Shown here piece by piece: positions 19,922-28,605 of a stretch of 64,000 bases of DNA. The stretch lies in NCBI GenBank assembly GCA_039916625.1, contig JBDSKZ010000027.1, positions 5,497 through 69,496 on the forward strand, read 5' to 3'. Every line of letters starts with the position of its first letter. Within the stretch, counting starts at the first letter, position 1. Source of the stretch: Pedococcus sp. GTDB lineage: Bacteria > Actinomycetota > Actinomycetes > Actinomycetales > Dermatophilaceae. The notes beneath the pieces were generated by a model. It had not been told where the DNA came from. It made no database searches and worked only from the letters and a program-made list of their open reading frames with translations. A program made the position numbers and the translations under genes.

Positions 19922-21070
19922 TCAGTAGCGCGCCTGGATCTTCCGGTAGAGCCCGACGTACTGGTCGTAGGTGGCCTTGCCGCCGATCCGCTGGGTGACC
20001 TCGTCGTTGTTGAGTCCTTCGTTGGACCAGTTGTCCGACCCGGTGTACGTCCGGTACTGGACCACGCCGCCGTCGACGTACTTGGCGGTCATGCCCTTGA
20101 GGTGGATGTAGTTGCAGGTGCCCTCCACGTGGGTGGCAGCCGTGGCGCAGGCGGCATCGAAAGCCCGCGTGACCGGGATGGACGCCCGACGCATCCGCGC
20201 CTCCAGGTCGTCGCCGGTCGGGGGGCCGCTGATGAACTCCACGCGGGCTCCTGCGCGCTTCTTGGCGATGAGCTCGTTGACCAGCCAGCTGCCTCGCGCA
20301 CCGTGGGTGGCGTAGTTGGCCACAATGATCGTCGTGTTGGCGTTGCCCGGCAGGTTGCGCAGACGGGTGAGCACGGGGTCGTCGCCGGAGTCGGGCGTGG
20401 GGTCGTTGACCGGGAAGAAGTTCGCGCGGGCCACCCCGTCGGCGGCAGTCCAGGTGCGGTAGGGCGAAGCCATGTTGGTCCCCCGGGCCTGCAGCGCGAA
20501 GACCGCGTTGTAGGCGTTGTAGACGTCCTGGCGGTTCGCGTACTGGAACATGTCGGTCCACTGGTCACGCCAGGACTCCTCGGTGAGGTTCGCCGAGCCC
20601 ATGATGGTGACGTAGGGCGTTCCGCCGGTGCGGCTGAACGTGATCGACTTCTGGTGGACGTTGCCACCGTCGCTGCGCGTCGACCCTGACGAGCAGTAGA
20701 GCCACGAGCTGCGGCTGCGGTCGGTCCCGAGGGCGGCGCGCAGCGGGGCCGCGTTGTCGCAGCGCGACTTGGCCACGATGACCTTGATCCCCACACCACG
20801 GTGCTTGGCCGCGACCATCGCGTCCATGATGTAGTCGTCGTCGATGTTGAAGGACACGACCTTCACGCTCGACCCCGCCGGCGCCCCGTCGAAGCGGTTC
20901 TTGACCATGTCCCGGATGTAGTTGGCCCCGGTGGCGTCCGGGTCGTTGAAGTAGGCCCGGCTCGTCAGGCCGGCGGCCTGCGCAGCGGGCAGCTGGGCGG
21001 AAGCGGCGCCCAGGACGGTCGCGGCGCCGAGCGCCAGCGCGACCACGGCGCGATATCGGGTACGGGTCAT
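19922..21070 (-). CDS. secreted phospholipase D-like (HKD superfamily) protein
   Basis: The signal peptide reads MTRTRYRAVVALALGAATVLGAASAQLPAAQA. There are two HKD-like motifs: HQKSITF...GSANLT and HLKGMTA...GSDNWS. Confidence 0.7.
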   Translation of the reverse strand: MTRTRYRAVVALALGAATVLGAASAQLPAAQAAGLTSRAYFNDPDATGANYIRDMVKNRFDGAPAGSSVKVVSFNIDDDYIMDAMVAAKHRGVGIKVIVAKSRCDNAAPLRAALGTDRSRSSWLYCSSGSTRSDGGNVHQKSITFSRTGGTPYVTIMGSANLTEESWRDQWTDMFQYANRQDVYNAYNAVFALQARGTNMASPYRTWTAADGVARANFFPVNDPTPDSGDDPVLTRLRNLPGNANTTIIVANYATHGARGSWLVNELIAKKRAGARVEFISGPPTGDDLEARMRRASIPVTRAFDAACATAATHVEGTCNYIHLKGMTAKYVDGGVVQYRTYTGSDNWSNEGLNNDEVTQRIGGKATYDQYVGLYRKIQARY

Positions 21071-21511
21071 GCGGGGTCCCCCTCGTCAGCGGGCGCCACG
21101 TGCGGTGGGCGGCCCCGGAGCGTCACCGGTCGGCGACGAGGACGACCGTAGGGAAGGCCGCCGGCCTCCGCAATGGGTAGCACTGCCCCCTGCGTCACCC
21201 TCGCCTGCGCCGCGGGTCGTCGGGCGCGCGGACCCAGGCGGGCTGGGTGTCACCCATGACTTCGCTGTGAGCGGGCCCCGACCAGGAACAACTCGGCCGA
21301 CCACGGACGTTGTCCACCACATGATGCCCACGAACGAAGCACGCCAGCCAGGGCCTCGCACCTTCCCGAGTGCGAGCAGCACCGGCCCCAACCTCGCCAC
21401 CCTCGACCGGGTCCGCGGCCTGCGCCGCCCCGCGCTCAGGCAGCCCCAGGCACGCCGACACCAGGTCGAGCAGGAGTGTCGCGCCTGCTGAAGGCCCACC
21501 ACTCCTGTCCT

Positions 21512-21546
21512 CTGACGGGCCCCGCCACCACGGCGGGGCCCGTCAG
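21512..21546 (-). terminator. strong GC hairpin overlapping the stop codon of the ATP-grasp gene
   Basis: A perfect 15-bp stem (ctgacgggccccgcc / ggcggggcccgtcag) encloses a 5-nt loop. The TGA stop lies in the 5' arm on the minus strand. There is no U-tract. Confidence 0.5.
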
Positions 21547-22862
21547 TCGGTCAGGGCAGGTGCCGGCCCACCGACGACGGCCTCGTCTGCCGCGGACCGT
21601 CCCGGGGTCAGCCGAGAGGTCTCGTCGGAGACCCACAGCCGGGTGAGCCCACCGAAGTGGCCTTCGAACTTGTCCCACTCGTGCTCGGGGTAGGTCGAGC
21701 GGATCGTGTCGGTGAGCAGGTTGCGGAAGTCTGCGGAGTCGACCCACTCGAGGACCATCTCGTCGACGTGCGGCAGTGCGGCGTCGCAGAACTCGCGGTA
21801 GCGGTCGGTCTCGAAGTAGTCGTCGGACAGGCCCTGGTAGGCCTCGAGCTTGGCGTGGTAGTCGAGCGCGGGGTCGTCGGCGACCTCGAACCACGGCCCG
21901 GTGTCGACCTGCGTGCGAGCCTTGCGCCCGGTGGCCACGCAGAACACCGACCACTTCAGCAGCGCCTTCATCGCCCACGGGAAGTAGTAGTGCAACGACG
22001 TCACCGCCACGTCCGGGCAGGCGTTGGCGTAGTCGATGGGGTAGACGACCCCGTCCTTGACGAGCATCTCGCAGGAGTTGAACTCCCACCGGAAGAATGC
22101 GTTGACGGTCTGCGCGATGGTGACCGCCTCCGTGCCCACGCCCTCGGAGAGGAAGCCGTGCTCGACGGCATACCGGTTGTGCATGGGCTCGTCGGGACGG
22201 AAGTTCATGACCATGCTCTCGGGCCCGATGGTCAGTGCCCGAGCGAACACCTCGAACCCGTCGACCGACTTCTGCAGGTGCATGAGCATCTCGCCGGAGT
22301 CGTCGTAGGCCTCGTGCAGGTCGGCCTGGTCCTTGATCTGGGAGACCCCGCGCCAGGCGCCGCCGTCGAACGGCTTCATGAACATGGGGTAGCCGAGCTC
22401 GTCGGCGATGCGGTCGAGGTCGAAGGACTTGTTGTACTCGGTGGAGGTGAACGCCCAGCGCGCGTTGTCGAGCGGGTTCTTGTAGGGGACGAGCACCGTC
22501 TCGGGGACGTTCATGCCAAGGCGCAGCAAGGCGCAGTAGGCCGAGTGCTTCTCCATGGACTGGAACGTGAACGGGCTGTTCAGCAGGTACACGTCGTCCA
22601 TGAGCGCGACCTTCTTGAGCCACTCGCGGGGGTGGTAGTACCAGTGCGCGAGGCGGTCGATGACCAGGTCGTGGCGTGGCTTGTCACGCAGGTTGAACGG
22701 CTCGATGCTCACGCGCTCGGTCGACACGTGGTGCTGCGTGCCGTCCGGGCCGGAGATGACGCCCATGCGTTGGGCGAGCGTCTCGAACGCTCGCGGCCAG
22801 TCGCCCTCTGCGCCGAGGAGCAGACCGATGAGGTGTTCCTGCGATTTCGCCATGCGCCCCAT
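21543..22862 (-). CDS. ATP-grasp fold protein, uncharacterised actinobacterial family
   Basis: LGMNVPETVLVPYKNP...LGYPMFMKPFDGGAWRGVSQI...LMHLQKSV resembles an ATP-grasp ligase core. I cannot assign a substrate. Confidence 0.5.
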   Translation of the reverse strand: MGRMAKSQEHLIGLLLGAEGDWPRAFETLAQRMGVISGPDGTQHHVSTERVSIEPFNLRDKPRHDLVIDRLAHWYYHPREWLKKVALMDDVYLLNSPFTFQSMEKHSAYCALLRLGMNVPETVLVPYKNPLDNARWAFTSTEYNKSFDLDRIADELGYPMFMKPFDGGAWRGVSQIKDQADLHEAYDDSGEMLMHLQKSVDGFEVFARALTIGPESMVMNFRPDEPMHNRYAVEHGFLSEGVGTEAVTIAQTVNAFFRWEFNSCEMLVKDGVVYPIDYANACPDVAVTSLHYYFPWAMKALLKWSVFCVATGRKARTQVDTGPWFEVADDPALDYHAKLEAYQGLSDDYFETDRYREFCDAALPHVDEMVLEWVDSADFRNLLTDTIRSTYPEHEWDKFEGHFGGLTRLWVSDETSRLTPGRSAADEAVVGGPAPALTD

Positions 22863-22898
22863 CTTGTCGGCTGGGACGCCTCCCCGAAAGAGGTGCGG

Positions 22899-23927
22899 TC
22901 AGAACAGGGCGCTCATCAGGGAGGTGCGCGCCTTGCGCACCCGCTCGTCGTGGGCCCCCACGACGGCGAACAGCTGCACGAGGTGCACCCGAGCCTGCTC
23001 GCGCTCATCGCCGCTGGTGGCTCGCACGAGGTCGATGAGTCGCAGGAACGCGTCCTCGACGTGACCACCGAGGATGTCGAGGTCGGCGACCAGGCTCTGG
23101 GCCGCGACATCGGTGGGGTGGTCGGCCGCAGCAGCGCGAGCAGCCGGCAGGTCGGCGCCCTCGGTGCGCTGCATGAGCCCGACCTGGGCCAGCCCCAGCT
23201 CGGCGTCCGCGTCGCCGGGGTTCACCTTGAGCGCCTGCGTGTACGCCGCCCGGGCGGCATCGAGGTCACCGCGCTCGATCGCGTCGTAGGCCTCCTGGTG
23301 CAACGGCGGGAGCGCCGGCTCGGCGGCCTCTTCGTCGCCGTCCTGCGGAACGGGCTCGGTGACCTCGACCCGGCCGGTGACACCGTGCTGCACCGCGAGC
23401 CCGAGGAACTCCTCGAGGATCGGGCGCACCGCATCGGCCGGCTGCACCCCGGCGAACATCGGGACCGGCTGTCCCTGGACCAGGCCCATCGTCACCGGGA
23501 CGCTCTGCACCTGGAAGGCGCGCAGGAGGGTGGGGTTCTGCTCGACATCGACGCTGACCACCTGGAGGCGGCCGGCATGCGCACCCGCCAGCTCGACGAC
23601 CGTGTCGAGGTAGGCCCGCGACTCGGGCACCTGGGAGGCCCAGAGCACGAGCAGGAGCGGGATGTTCACCGAGGCGTTGGCCACCTCGCTGAAGTTCGCG
23701 TCGGTGCCCTCGACCACCAGGCCCGAACGGCCGGGGACGCCGGTGGGGGCCGTGCTGCCAGCACCTTCCGGGCCACCAGGAGCAGCAGCGCCTGCCGAGC
23801 CACCCGGCACGCCGCCGGCAGCGCCGGAGGAGGAGCCCTGCGGAGCACGGGAAGGGGCGGTGGCCTTCAGGCCGGTGAGGTCGACGGCCCCGCGCAGGCC
23901 TCCAGCGGTGAACGGCTGATCAGTCAT
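22899..23927 (-). CDS. thioredoxin-fold + TPR protein (YbbN/CnoX-like co-chaperone)
   Basis: The Trx-like domain lacks CxxC (LLLVLWASQVPESRAY...VQSVPVTMGLVQGQPV). The C-terminal TPR-like helices read AAYTQALKVNPGDADAELGLAQV. The ATG at 23927 was verified. Confidence 0.7.
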   Translation of the reverse strand: MTDQPFTAGGLRGAVDLTGLKATAPSRAPQGSSSGAAGGVPGGSAGAAAPGGPEGAGSTAPTGVPGRSGLVVEGTDANFSEVANASVNIPLLLVLWASQVPESRAYLDTVVELAGAHAGRLQVVSVDVEQNPTLLRAFQVQSVPVTMGLVQGQPVPMFAGVQPADAVRPILEEFLGLAVQHGVTGRVEVTEPVPQDGDEEAAEPALPPLHQEAYDAIERGDLDAARAAYTQALKVNPGDADAELGLAQVGLMQRTEGADLPAARAAAADHPTDVAAQSLVADLDILGGHVEDAFLRLIDLVRATSGDEREQARVHLVQLFAVVGAHDERVRKARTSLMSALF

Positions 23928-24014
23928 GGGACGATTCTTCCTCACCGGGCTCTCCCCTGCGCACGCACCCTGCACGCGCTGCTCGGGGTCGGCGTGTTCG
24001 GGCCAGCAGACAGC

Positions 24015-25013
24015 TCAGGACCCCTTGGCCGAGAACAGCACCTCATCGGCGCCGACGACACCCGCTCTGCCCTCGGCGGGGACCGTGAAGACGACCGTCT
24101 CGTAGGACTTGAGCTCGGCGCTCTTGGTCAGCGTCTTCTTCTTCACGAGCCGCTGGAACTCTGCACTCGGCGTCAGCGACTTGCCGCCGGGCTTGAGCGT
24201 GATCGTGTCGGTGCGCTCGAGGAGGGAGAACACCAGCGCTCCCCCGCCGCGCAGCGCGATCGACACGGTCTGCTTCGGCAGGGCCACGTGCTTCTGGGTG
24301 AGGGTGGCCAGCTTTCCGAAGGCCTTCGCCTGCGCGGCAGCGTTCGCCCGCACCGACGTCGCGAACGGGTCGTCGGTGTCAACGGCCCCAGCCTTGGTGG
24401 GCTTGGGGTAGGCCAGGCTCGCGGCATACTGCGTGACGAGGGGGTCGGGCGCGACCGCGAGCTCGGTGTCCGGGGTGACCAGCGGCGAGCCGGCGTCGAG
24501 CGGGTCCAGCGCTGCAACCTCGGTGCCGGGCGCCATGGTGACCGATGCGCTCAGGCGGAACGGCGTGGTCGCGTCGGGCGAGGTCAGCAGGTTGAGCCGC
24601 GCAGCACCTTCGGGGGTCGCGGTCTGCGCGAGGATCAGGCGCGGGAAGCCGGTGCCCCGCGACACAGCGAGCACCTTGGGCGCCTCGGTGCGGGTCAGCG
24701 GCGCGGTGGTCGCAGCCGGTGCCGGATCGGCCTCCAGCTTGCTGGCGGCCGTGGCGACGGCGAGTGCACTGCCGGTCAGGGCCTCCTCCCGGATGGCCTG
24801 GGCCTCGGCGGCCGGCGCCGTGGCCGCCTCGTCGACCTGGGCCAGGACGCGCTCGGCGATCCTCTCGGCGCTCTGCGCGTCGATGGGGGCGACGGTCCTC
24901 ACCTGGGCCGGGGCGGCGTCGTTGACGCCGACCAGGGCGCTGCCAGCTCCGCAGCCCGACAGGGCGAGGGTGAGCGCACCGACGATGGTCACGGGGGTGG
25001 TCAGGCTCCTCAT
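24015..25013 (-). CDS. lipoprotein, unknown function
   Basis: MRSLTTPVTIVGALTLALSGCGAGS contains the lipobox LSGC. The ATG at 25013 overlaps the upstream stop (ATGA). Confidence 0.65.
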   Translation of the reverse strand: MRSLTTPVTIVGALTLALSGCGAGSALVGVNDAAPAQVRTVAPIDAQSAERIAERVLAQVDEAATAPAAEAQAIREEALTGSALAVATAASKLEADPAPAATTAPLTRTEAPKVLAVSRGTGFPRLILAQTATPEGAARLNLLTSPDATTPFRLSASVTMAPGTEVAALDPLDAGSPLVTPDTELAVAPDPLVTQYAASLAYPKPTKAGAVDTDDPFATSVRANAAAQAKAFGKLATLTQKHVALPKQTVSIALRGGGALVFSLLERTDTITLKPGGKSLTPSAEFQRLVKKKTLTKSAELKSYETVVFTVPAEGRAGVVGADEVLFSAKGS

Positions 25014-25759
25014 ACGGACGTCTCCTCGGTCGGGCGGTCGGGGTCGGGATCGGACGAGGGGTCGGACGTGAGTGCGGGCTCGGCACCGCGACCACGTTGC
25101 TGCCACAGGCCGGCCGCACCGGCAGCAGTGGCCAGCAGGCCGACCAGCGTGACGAGCAGGGCCTGGAAGAACCAGGTGCGGCGTTCGATGGTGACGGTGA
25201 GCTCGGCTATGTCAGCGGGCTTGCCGTCGGCCGTGGCCACGACGATCGCCTCAGGGGCGTTCTCCTGGCTGACCTGCAGCCGCACCCGGCCCTTGCCCTG
25301 GACGGTCTCGCGCCAGATGTCGGCACCGGCCAGTGCGGGTGCCGCTCCGGCGCCGGAGGTCGCCTGCACCAGCGACCACGAGCGGACCCGGGCGCCGGTC
25401 ATCCGGGTGGTGTCGGCCCCGCCCACGATCGCGTCCGCGTCCGATGGGGTCGCCCGTCCGACGAAGACCGGGCTGTCTGCGCGGGTCACCACCGTGACCG
25501 AAGTGGGGCGGGCGACGCGGTTCAGCAGCGAGGGCTCGACGATGACGACACTGCCCCGCGCAGGGGTGCTCCTGAAGGTGGCGCTCCCAGTCGGGCCCAG
25601 GTGGGACGTGAACCACGAACCCACGCCCAGGAGCACGAGTCCGGTCACCAGGAGCACGGCCAGCACGGCGCGTTTGGCCACCATCGACACAGTCAGTTTC
25701 CTTTGGGTGAGAGGGCCGAGAACGGGAGAGCTCCCCGCACCGGCATCGTCCTCCACCAT
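25010..25759 (-). CDS. bitopic membrane protein, unknown function
   Basis: The N-terminal TM is AVLAVLLVTGLVLLGVGSWF and the C-terminal TM is FFQALLVTLVGLLATAAGAAGLW. I chose ATG 25759; the alternative is 25684. The track ORF extends upstream into the mutase region as junk. Confidence 0.55.
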   Translation of the reverse strand: MVEDDAGAGSSPVLGPLTQRKLTVSMVAKRAVLAVLLVTGLVLLGVGSWFTSHLGPTGSATFRSTPARGSVVIVEPSLLNRVARPTSVTVVTRADSPVFVGRATPSDADAIVGGADTTRMTGARVRSWSLVQATSGAGAAPALAGADIWRETVQGKGRVRLQVSQENAPEAIVVATADGKPADIAELTVTIERRTWFFQALLVTLVGLLATAAGAAGLWQQRGRGAEPALTSDPSSDPDPDRPTEETSV

Positions 25760-25859
25760 GACCCACCCGCTTCGCGAGAACAAATCCTTCCCTCCACGAA
25801 TCGGGACGCGAGGGCCATGATCACCCGTAATGTCCGCTCCGGCCCCGGGCCGTCGACGG

Positions 25860-27647
25860 CTAGAAGCGGGCCGGCTCGCGGTAGATGCCCCACTCGTCGC
25901 GCAGCGCGTCGCAGATCTCGCCCAGGGTCGCCTCGGCGCGGACGGCTTCGAGCATGGCCGGGAGCATGTTGTCGTCGGTGCGGGCGACGTCGACCATGTG
26001 GGCCACCGCGGCCCGCACGACGTCCTCGTCGCGGGCTGCCTTCCGCGCGACGAGCGTCGCCACCTGCTCGGTCTCGACCTCGTGGCTGACGCGCAGGATC
26101 TCGAGCTCGTGGGTGACCGAGGCGGTGTGGCAGTTGACGCCGACGACCTTCTTGTCGCCCTTCTCCAGCGACACCTGGTACTGGAACGCGGCCTCGGCGA
26201 TCTCGGACATGAACCAGCCGTCCTCGATGCCGCGCAGGATGCCACGCGTCATGGGCCACTCACCCGCCGCCTTGCCGCTGTGGTCACGGACCAGACCCGA
26301 GAGTCCCTCGGTGTCTGCACTCGTGAGGTCGCTGCCGCCCATCGACAGGATGTGGTCGAAGATCTTCTGTGCCTCGGCCTCGATCTGGTCCGTGAGCGCC
26401 TCGACGTACCAGCTGCCACCGAGGGGGTCGGCGACGTTGACGACACCGGTCTCCTCCATGATCACCTGCTGGGTCCGCAGCGCGATCTCGGCGGCTTGCT
26501 CGCTCGGGAGGGCCAAGGTCTCGTCGAGGGCGTTGGTGTGCAAGGAGTTCGTGCCACCCAGGACGGCGGCGAGCGCCTCGACGGCAGTGCGCACGACGTT
26601 GTTGTAGGGCTGCTGGGCGGTGAGGCTGACGCCTGCGGTCTGCGTGTGGAACCGCAGCCACTGCGCCTTGTCGGTCTTGGCGCCATAGACGTCGCGCAGC
26701 CAGCGGGCCCAGATCCGGCGGCCAGCACGGAACTTCGCGATCTCCTCGAAGAAGTCCAGGTGGCTGTCGAAGAAGAAGGACAGGCCGGGGGCGAAGGTGT
26801 CGATGTCGAGGCCGCGGGACAGGCCGAGCTCGACGTAGCCGAAGCCGTCGGCGAGGGTGAACGCCAGCTCCTGCGCGGCCGTGGAGCCGGCTTCGCGGAT
26901 GTGGTAGCCGGAGACCGACAGCGGCTTGTAGTCCGGGATCTTCTCGGCGCAGTACTCCATCAGGTCGCCGATCAGGCGCAGGTGCGGCTCGGGGGCGAAC
27001 AGCCACTCCTTCTGTGCGATGTACTCCTTGAAGATGTCGGTCTGGAGCGTGCCGTTGAGCACCCCGAGGTCGACGCCCTGGCGCTCGGCGGCGACGAGGT
27101 ACATGCAGAAGACGGGGACGGCCGGGCCGCTGATCGTCATCGACGTCGTGATCTGCTCGAGCGGGAGCTCCGCGAACAGCACCTCCATGTCGGCAGCCGA
27201 GTCGATGGCCACTCCGCAGTGCCCGACCTCACCGAGGCTCATCGGGTCGTCGGAGTCGCGGCCCATCAGGGTGGGCATGTCGAAGGCGACCGACAGACCG
27301 CCACCACCACGCTCGAGGATCATCTTGTAGCGCTCGTTGGTCTGCACGGCGTTGCCGAAGCCGGCGAACTGGCGGATCGTCCAGGTGCGGCCGCGGTACC
27401 CGGTCGGGTAGAGCCCACGGGTGAAGGGGAACTCCCCCGGCCAGCCGATCCGCTCGGGTGCCTCGGCACCGTCGGCCGGACCGTAGGCGGGCTCGACCGT
27501 CATACCGGAGAGCGTGGTGAAGTCGGCGTCACGCACCCGGCCGGTCGACTGGGCGCCGTCGTACCGCGCCTGCCAGCGGCTCGCCCCTTCGCTCGGGGGG
27601 GCGCTGGGGGTCGTGCCGGACGAGCTGGGGGCAGTGGGGTCGGCCAT
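25860..27647 (-). CDS. acyl-CoA mutase large (substrate-binding) subunit, methylmalonyl-/isobutyryl-CoA mutase family
   Basis: FPFTRGLYPTGYRGRTWTIRQFAGFG, ERYKMILERGGGGLSVAFDMPTLMG, HTNALDETLALPSE and RTQQVIMEETG. It ends ...LRDEWGIYREPARF with no B12-binding (DxHxxG) domain. I preferred the ATG at 27647 to the track's TTG at 27656. Confidence 0.85.
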   Translation of the reverse strand: MADPTAPSSSGTTPSAPPSEGASRWQARYDGAQSTGRVRDADFTTLSGMTVEPAYGPADGAEAPERIGWPGEFPFTRGLYPTGYRGRTWTIRQFAGFGNAVQTNERYKMILERGGGGLSVAFDMPTLMGRDSDDPMSLGEVGHCGVAIDSAADMEVLFAELPLEQITTSMTISGPAVPVFCMYLVAAERQGVDLGVLNGTLQTDIFKEYIAQKEWLFAPEPHLRLIGDLMEYCAEKIPDYKPLSVSGYHIREAGSTAAQELAFTLADGFGYVELGLSRGLDIDTFAPGLSFFFDSHLDFFEEIAKFRAGRRIWARWLRDVYGAKTDKAQWLRFHTQTAGVSLTAQQPYNNVVRTAVEALAAVLGGTNSLHTNALDETLALPSEQAAEIALRTQQVIMEETGVVNVADPLGGSWYVEALTDQIEAEAQKIFDHILSMGGSDLTSADTEGLSGLVRDHSGKAAGEWPMTRGILRGIEDGWFMSEIAEAAFQYQVSLEKGDKKVVGVNCHTASVTHELEILRVSHEVETEQVATLVARKAARDEDVVRAAVAHMVDVARTDDNMLPAMLEAVRAEATLGEICDALRDEWGIYREPARF

Positions 27648-27717
27648 ACCGGCCAAGTTACTTGGACGTCCTACTAGTTGTCACGCGAGCACCCTCCCCG
27701 CGACACGCGGGCACCCT

Positions 27718-27793
27718 CCCCGCAAAGCGGTTGTTGCTCGGCAACACGGCTTTTACAGGTACCAGTTTCCCCGAGCAACCCCCGCTTTGCGGG
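27718..27793. promoter_or_regulatory. long imperfect inverted repeat in the MarR-mutase intergenic region
   Basis: The arms are ccccgcaaagcggttgttgctcgg (27718..27741) and ccgagcaacccccgctttgcggg (27771..27793). About 21 of 24 positions are complementary, and the spacer is 29 nt. Confidence 0.5.
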
Positions 27794-27837
27794 CGTGCTG
27801 CGGGCGTGCTGCGGGCGCGGCGCGGCGGGGCGTCTGG

Positions 27838-28353
27838 TCAGCCGTCGAAGTCGCTGGCGCCGATGCGGACCTTGCGCAGGAGCGCGAAGAGCTGTTCGTG
27901 CTCGGCCGCGGTGAGCATGCCGAGGCCGAACCGCCCCTCGACCAGGTCCTTGGTCGCCGCCTCCATGGCGTGACGTCCGGTGGGGGTGATGACTGCGAGG
28001 GTGCCGCGGCCGTCGTCGGGGTTCGGCACCCGCTCGACGAAGCCCTGGGCGTCGAGGCGCTGGACGATGTTGGTCGCGCTCGTGGGGTGCACCATGAGGC
28101 GCTGGCCGATCTTGCCCATGCCGAGGCGACCGTCGCGGCTGAAGGCGAGCAGCACAAGTGCCTCGTACCGCGCGAAGCTCAGACCGTGCCGACCGACCAG
28201 GGCGTCGTAGTCGGCGATGAGCAGCTGCTGGACCCGCATGATCGAGGTGGCGCTGGCCATGGCCAGGGGCTGGGACGTGCGCCCCCAGCGCTTCGTCCAC
28301 AACTGGGCCGCACGCGTGATCGGGTCGAACGGCAGGCGGATGGGCTTGGGCAC
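27838..28353 (-). CDS. MarR-family transcriptional regulator
   Basis: The N-terminal region reads PFDPITRAAQLW. The winged helix reads ARYEALVLLAFSRDGRLGMGKIGQRLMVHPTSATNIVQRLDAQGFVERVPNPDDGRGTLAVITPTG. I chose GTG 28353; the start is uncertain (up to 28419). Confidence 0.8.
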   Translation of the reverse strand: MPKPIRLPFDPITRAAQLWTKRWGRTSQPLAMASATSIMRVQQLLIADYDALVGRHGLSFARYEALVLLAFSRDGRLGMGKIGQRLMVHPTSATNIVQRLDAQGFVERVPNPDDGRGTLAVITPTGRHAMEAATKDLVEGRFGLGMLTAAEHEQLFALLRKVRIGASDFDG

Positions 28354-28605
28354 GCGCAGCAGGCTAGCTGCGGGGCAGGCGCACCGTCTCGAGGTGTCCG
28401 TCGTCGAGACGGATCTCACCTTCGGCCTGCGCCGCGGCCCCTGCGCCGCGGGTCATGGGTCATGGGTCAGGGGTGGCCATGATGACGATCGCCCCGCGTT
28501 CGGCCTCGCCCCACTCACGGCAGCCTGGGCGCGGCGGTACCTGATGGCGGCTCATAGCTGCCGGCCCGTTCCCAGCGATGTCCCCGACCCTGCCCCGGGC
28601 AGGGG

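Noticed and set aside
17721-19928. A 735-aa plus-strand ORF overlapping pgm in another frame
   Set aside because: It is Arg/Pro/Gly-rich junk. The pgm frame (start 18208) carries the TSGHRGSS and [10 protein letters not shown] motifs.
21657-25820. A 1387-aa plus-strand ORF spanning four minus-strand genes
   Set aside because: This is an antisense shadow ORF. Its composition is dominated by Arg/Gly/Val/Asp/His with no motifs, whereas the opposite strand carries recognisable ATP-grasp, Trx/TPR and lipoprotein genes. Long stop-free antisense frames are expected at this GC content.
25760-26245. The N-terminal 160 aa of track ORF 25010..26245
   Set aside because: This part runs out of frame through the 3' end of the mutase gene and is Ser/Arg/Pro-rich. 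The real protein begins at ATG 25759 (or 25684), before the first TM helix.
27657-27837. A possible adenosylcobalamin riboswitch ahead of the B12-dependent mutase
   Set aside because: The spacer is only ~180 nt, and I could not find a B12-box-like consensus or the multi-stem layout. The structure present is a single long inverted repeat plus short direct repeats. A covariance-model scan would settle the question.
28575-28605. A short hairpin (ccctgc..gcaggg) after the YkoF-like gene. Weak stems after giant gene B (34580..34660) and after the PPOX gene (55200..55270) are similar cases
   Set aside because: The stems are only 5-7 bp with awkward loops, so they are not distinguishable from chance in GC-rich DNA. 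I did not call them as terminators.
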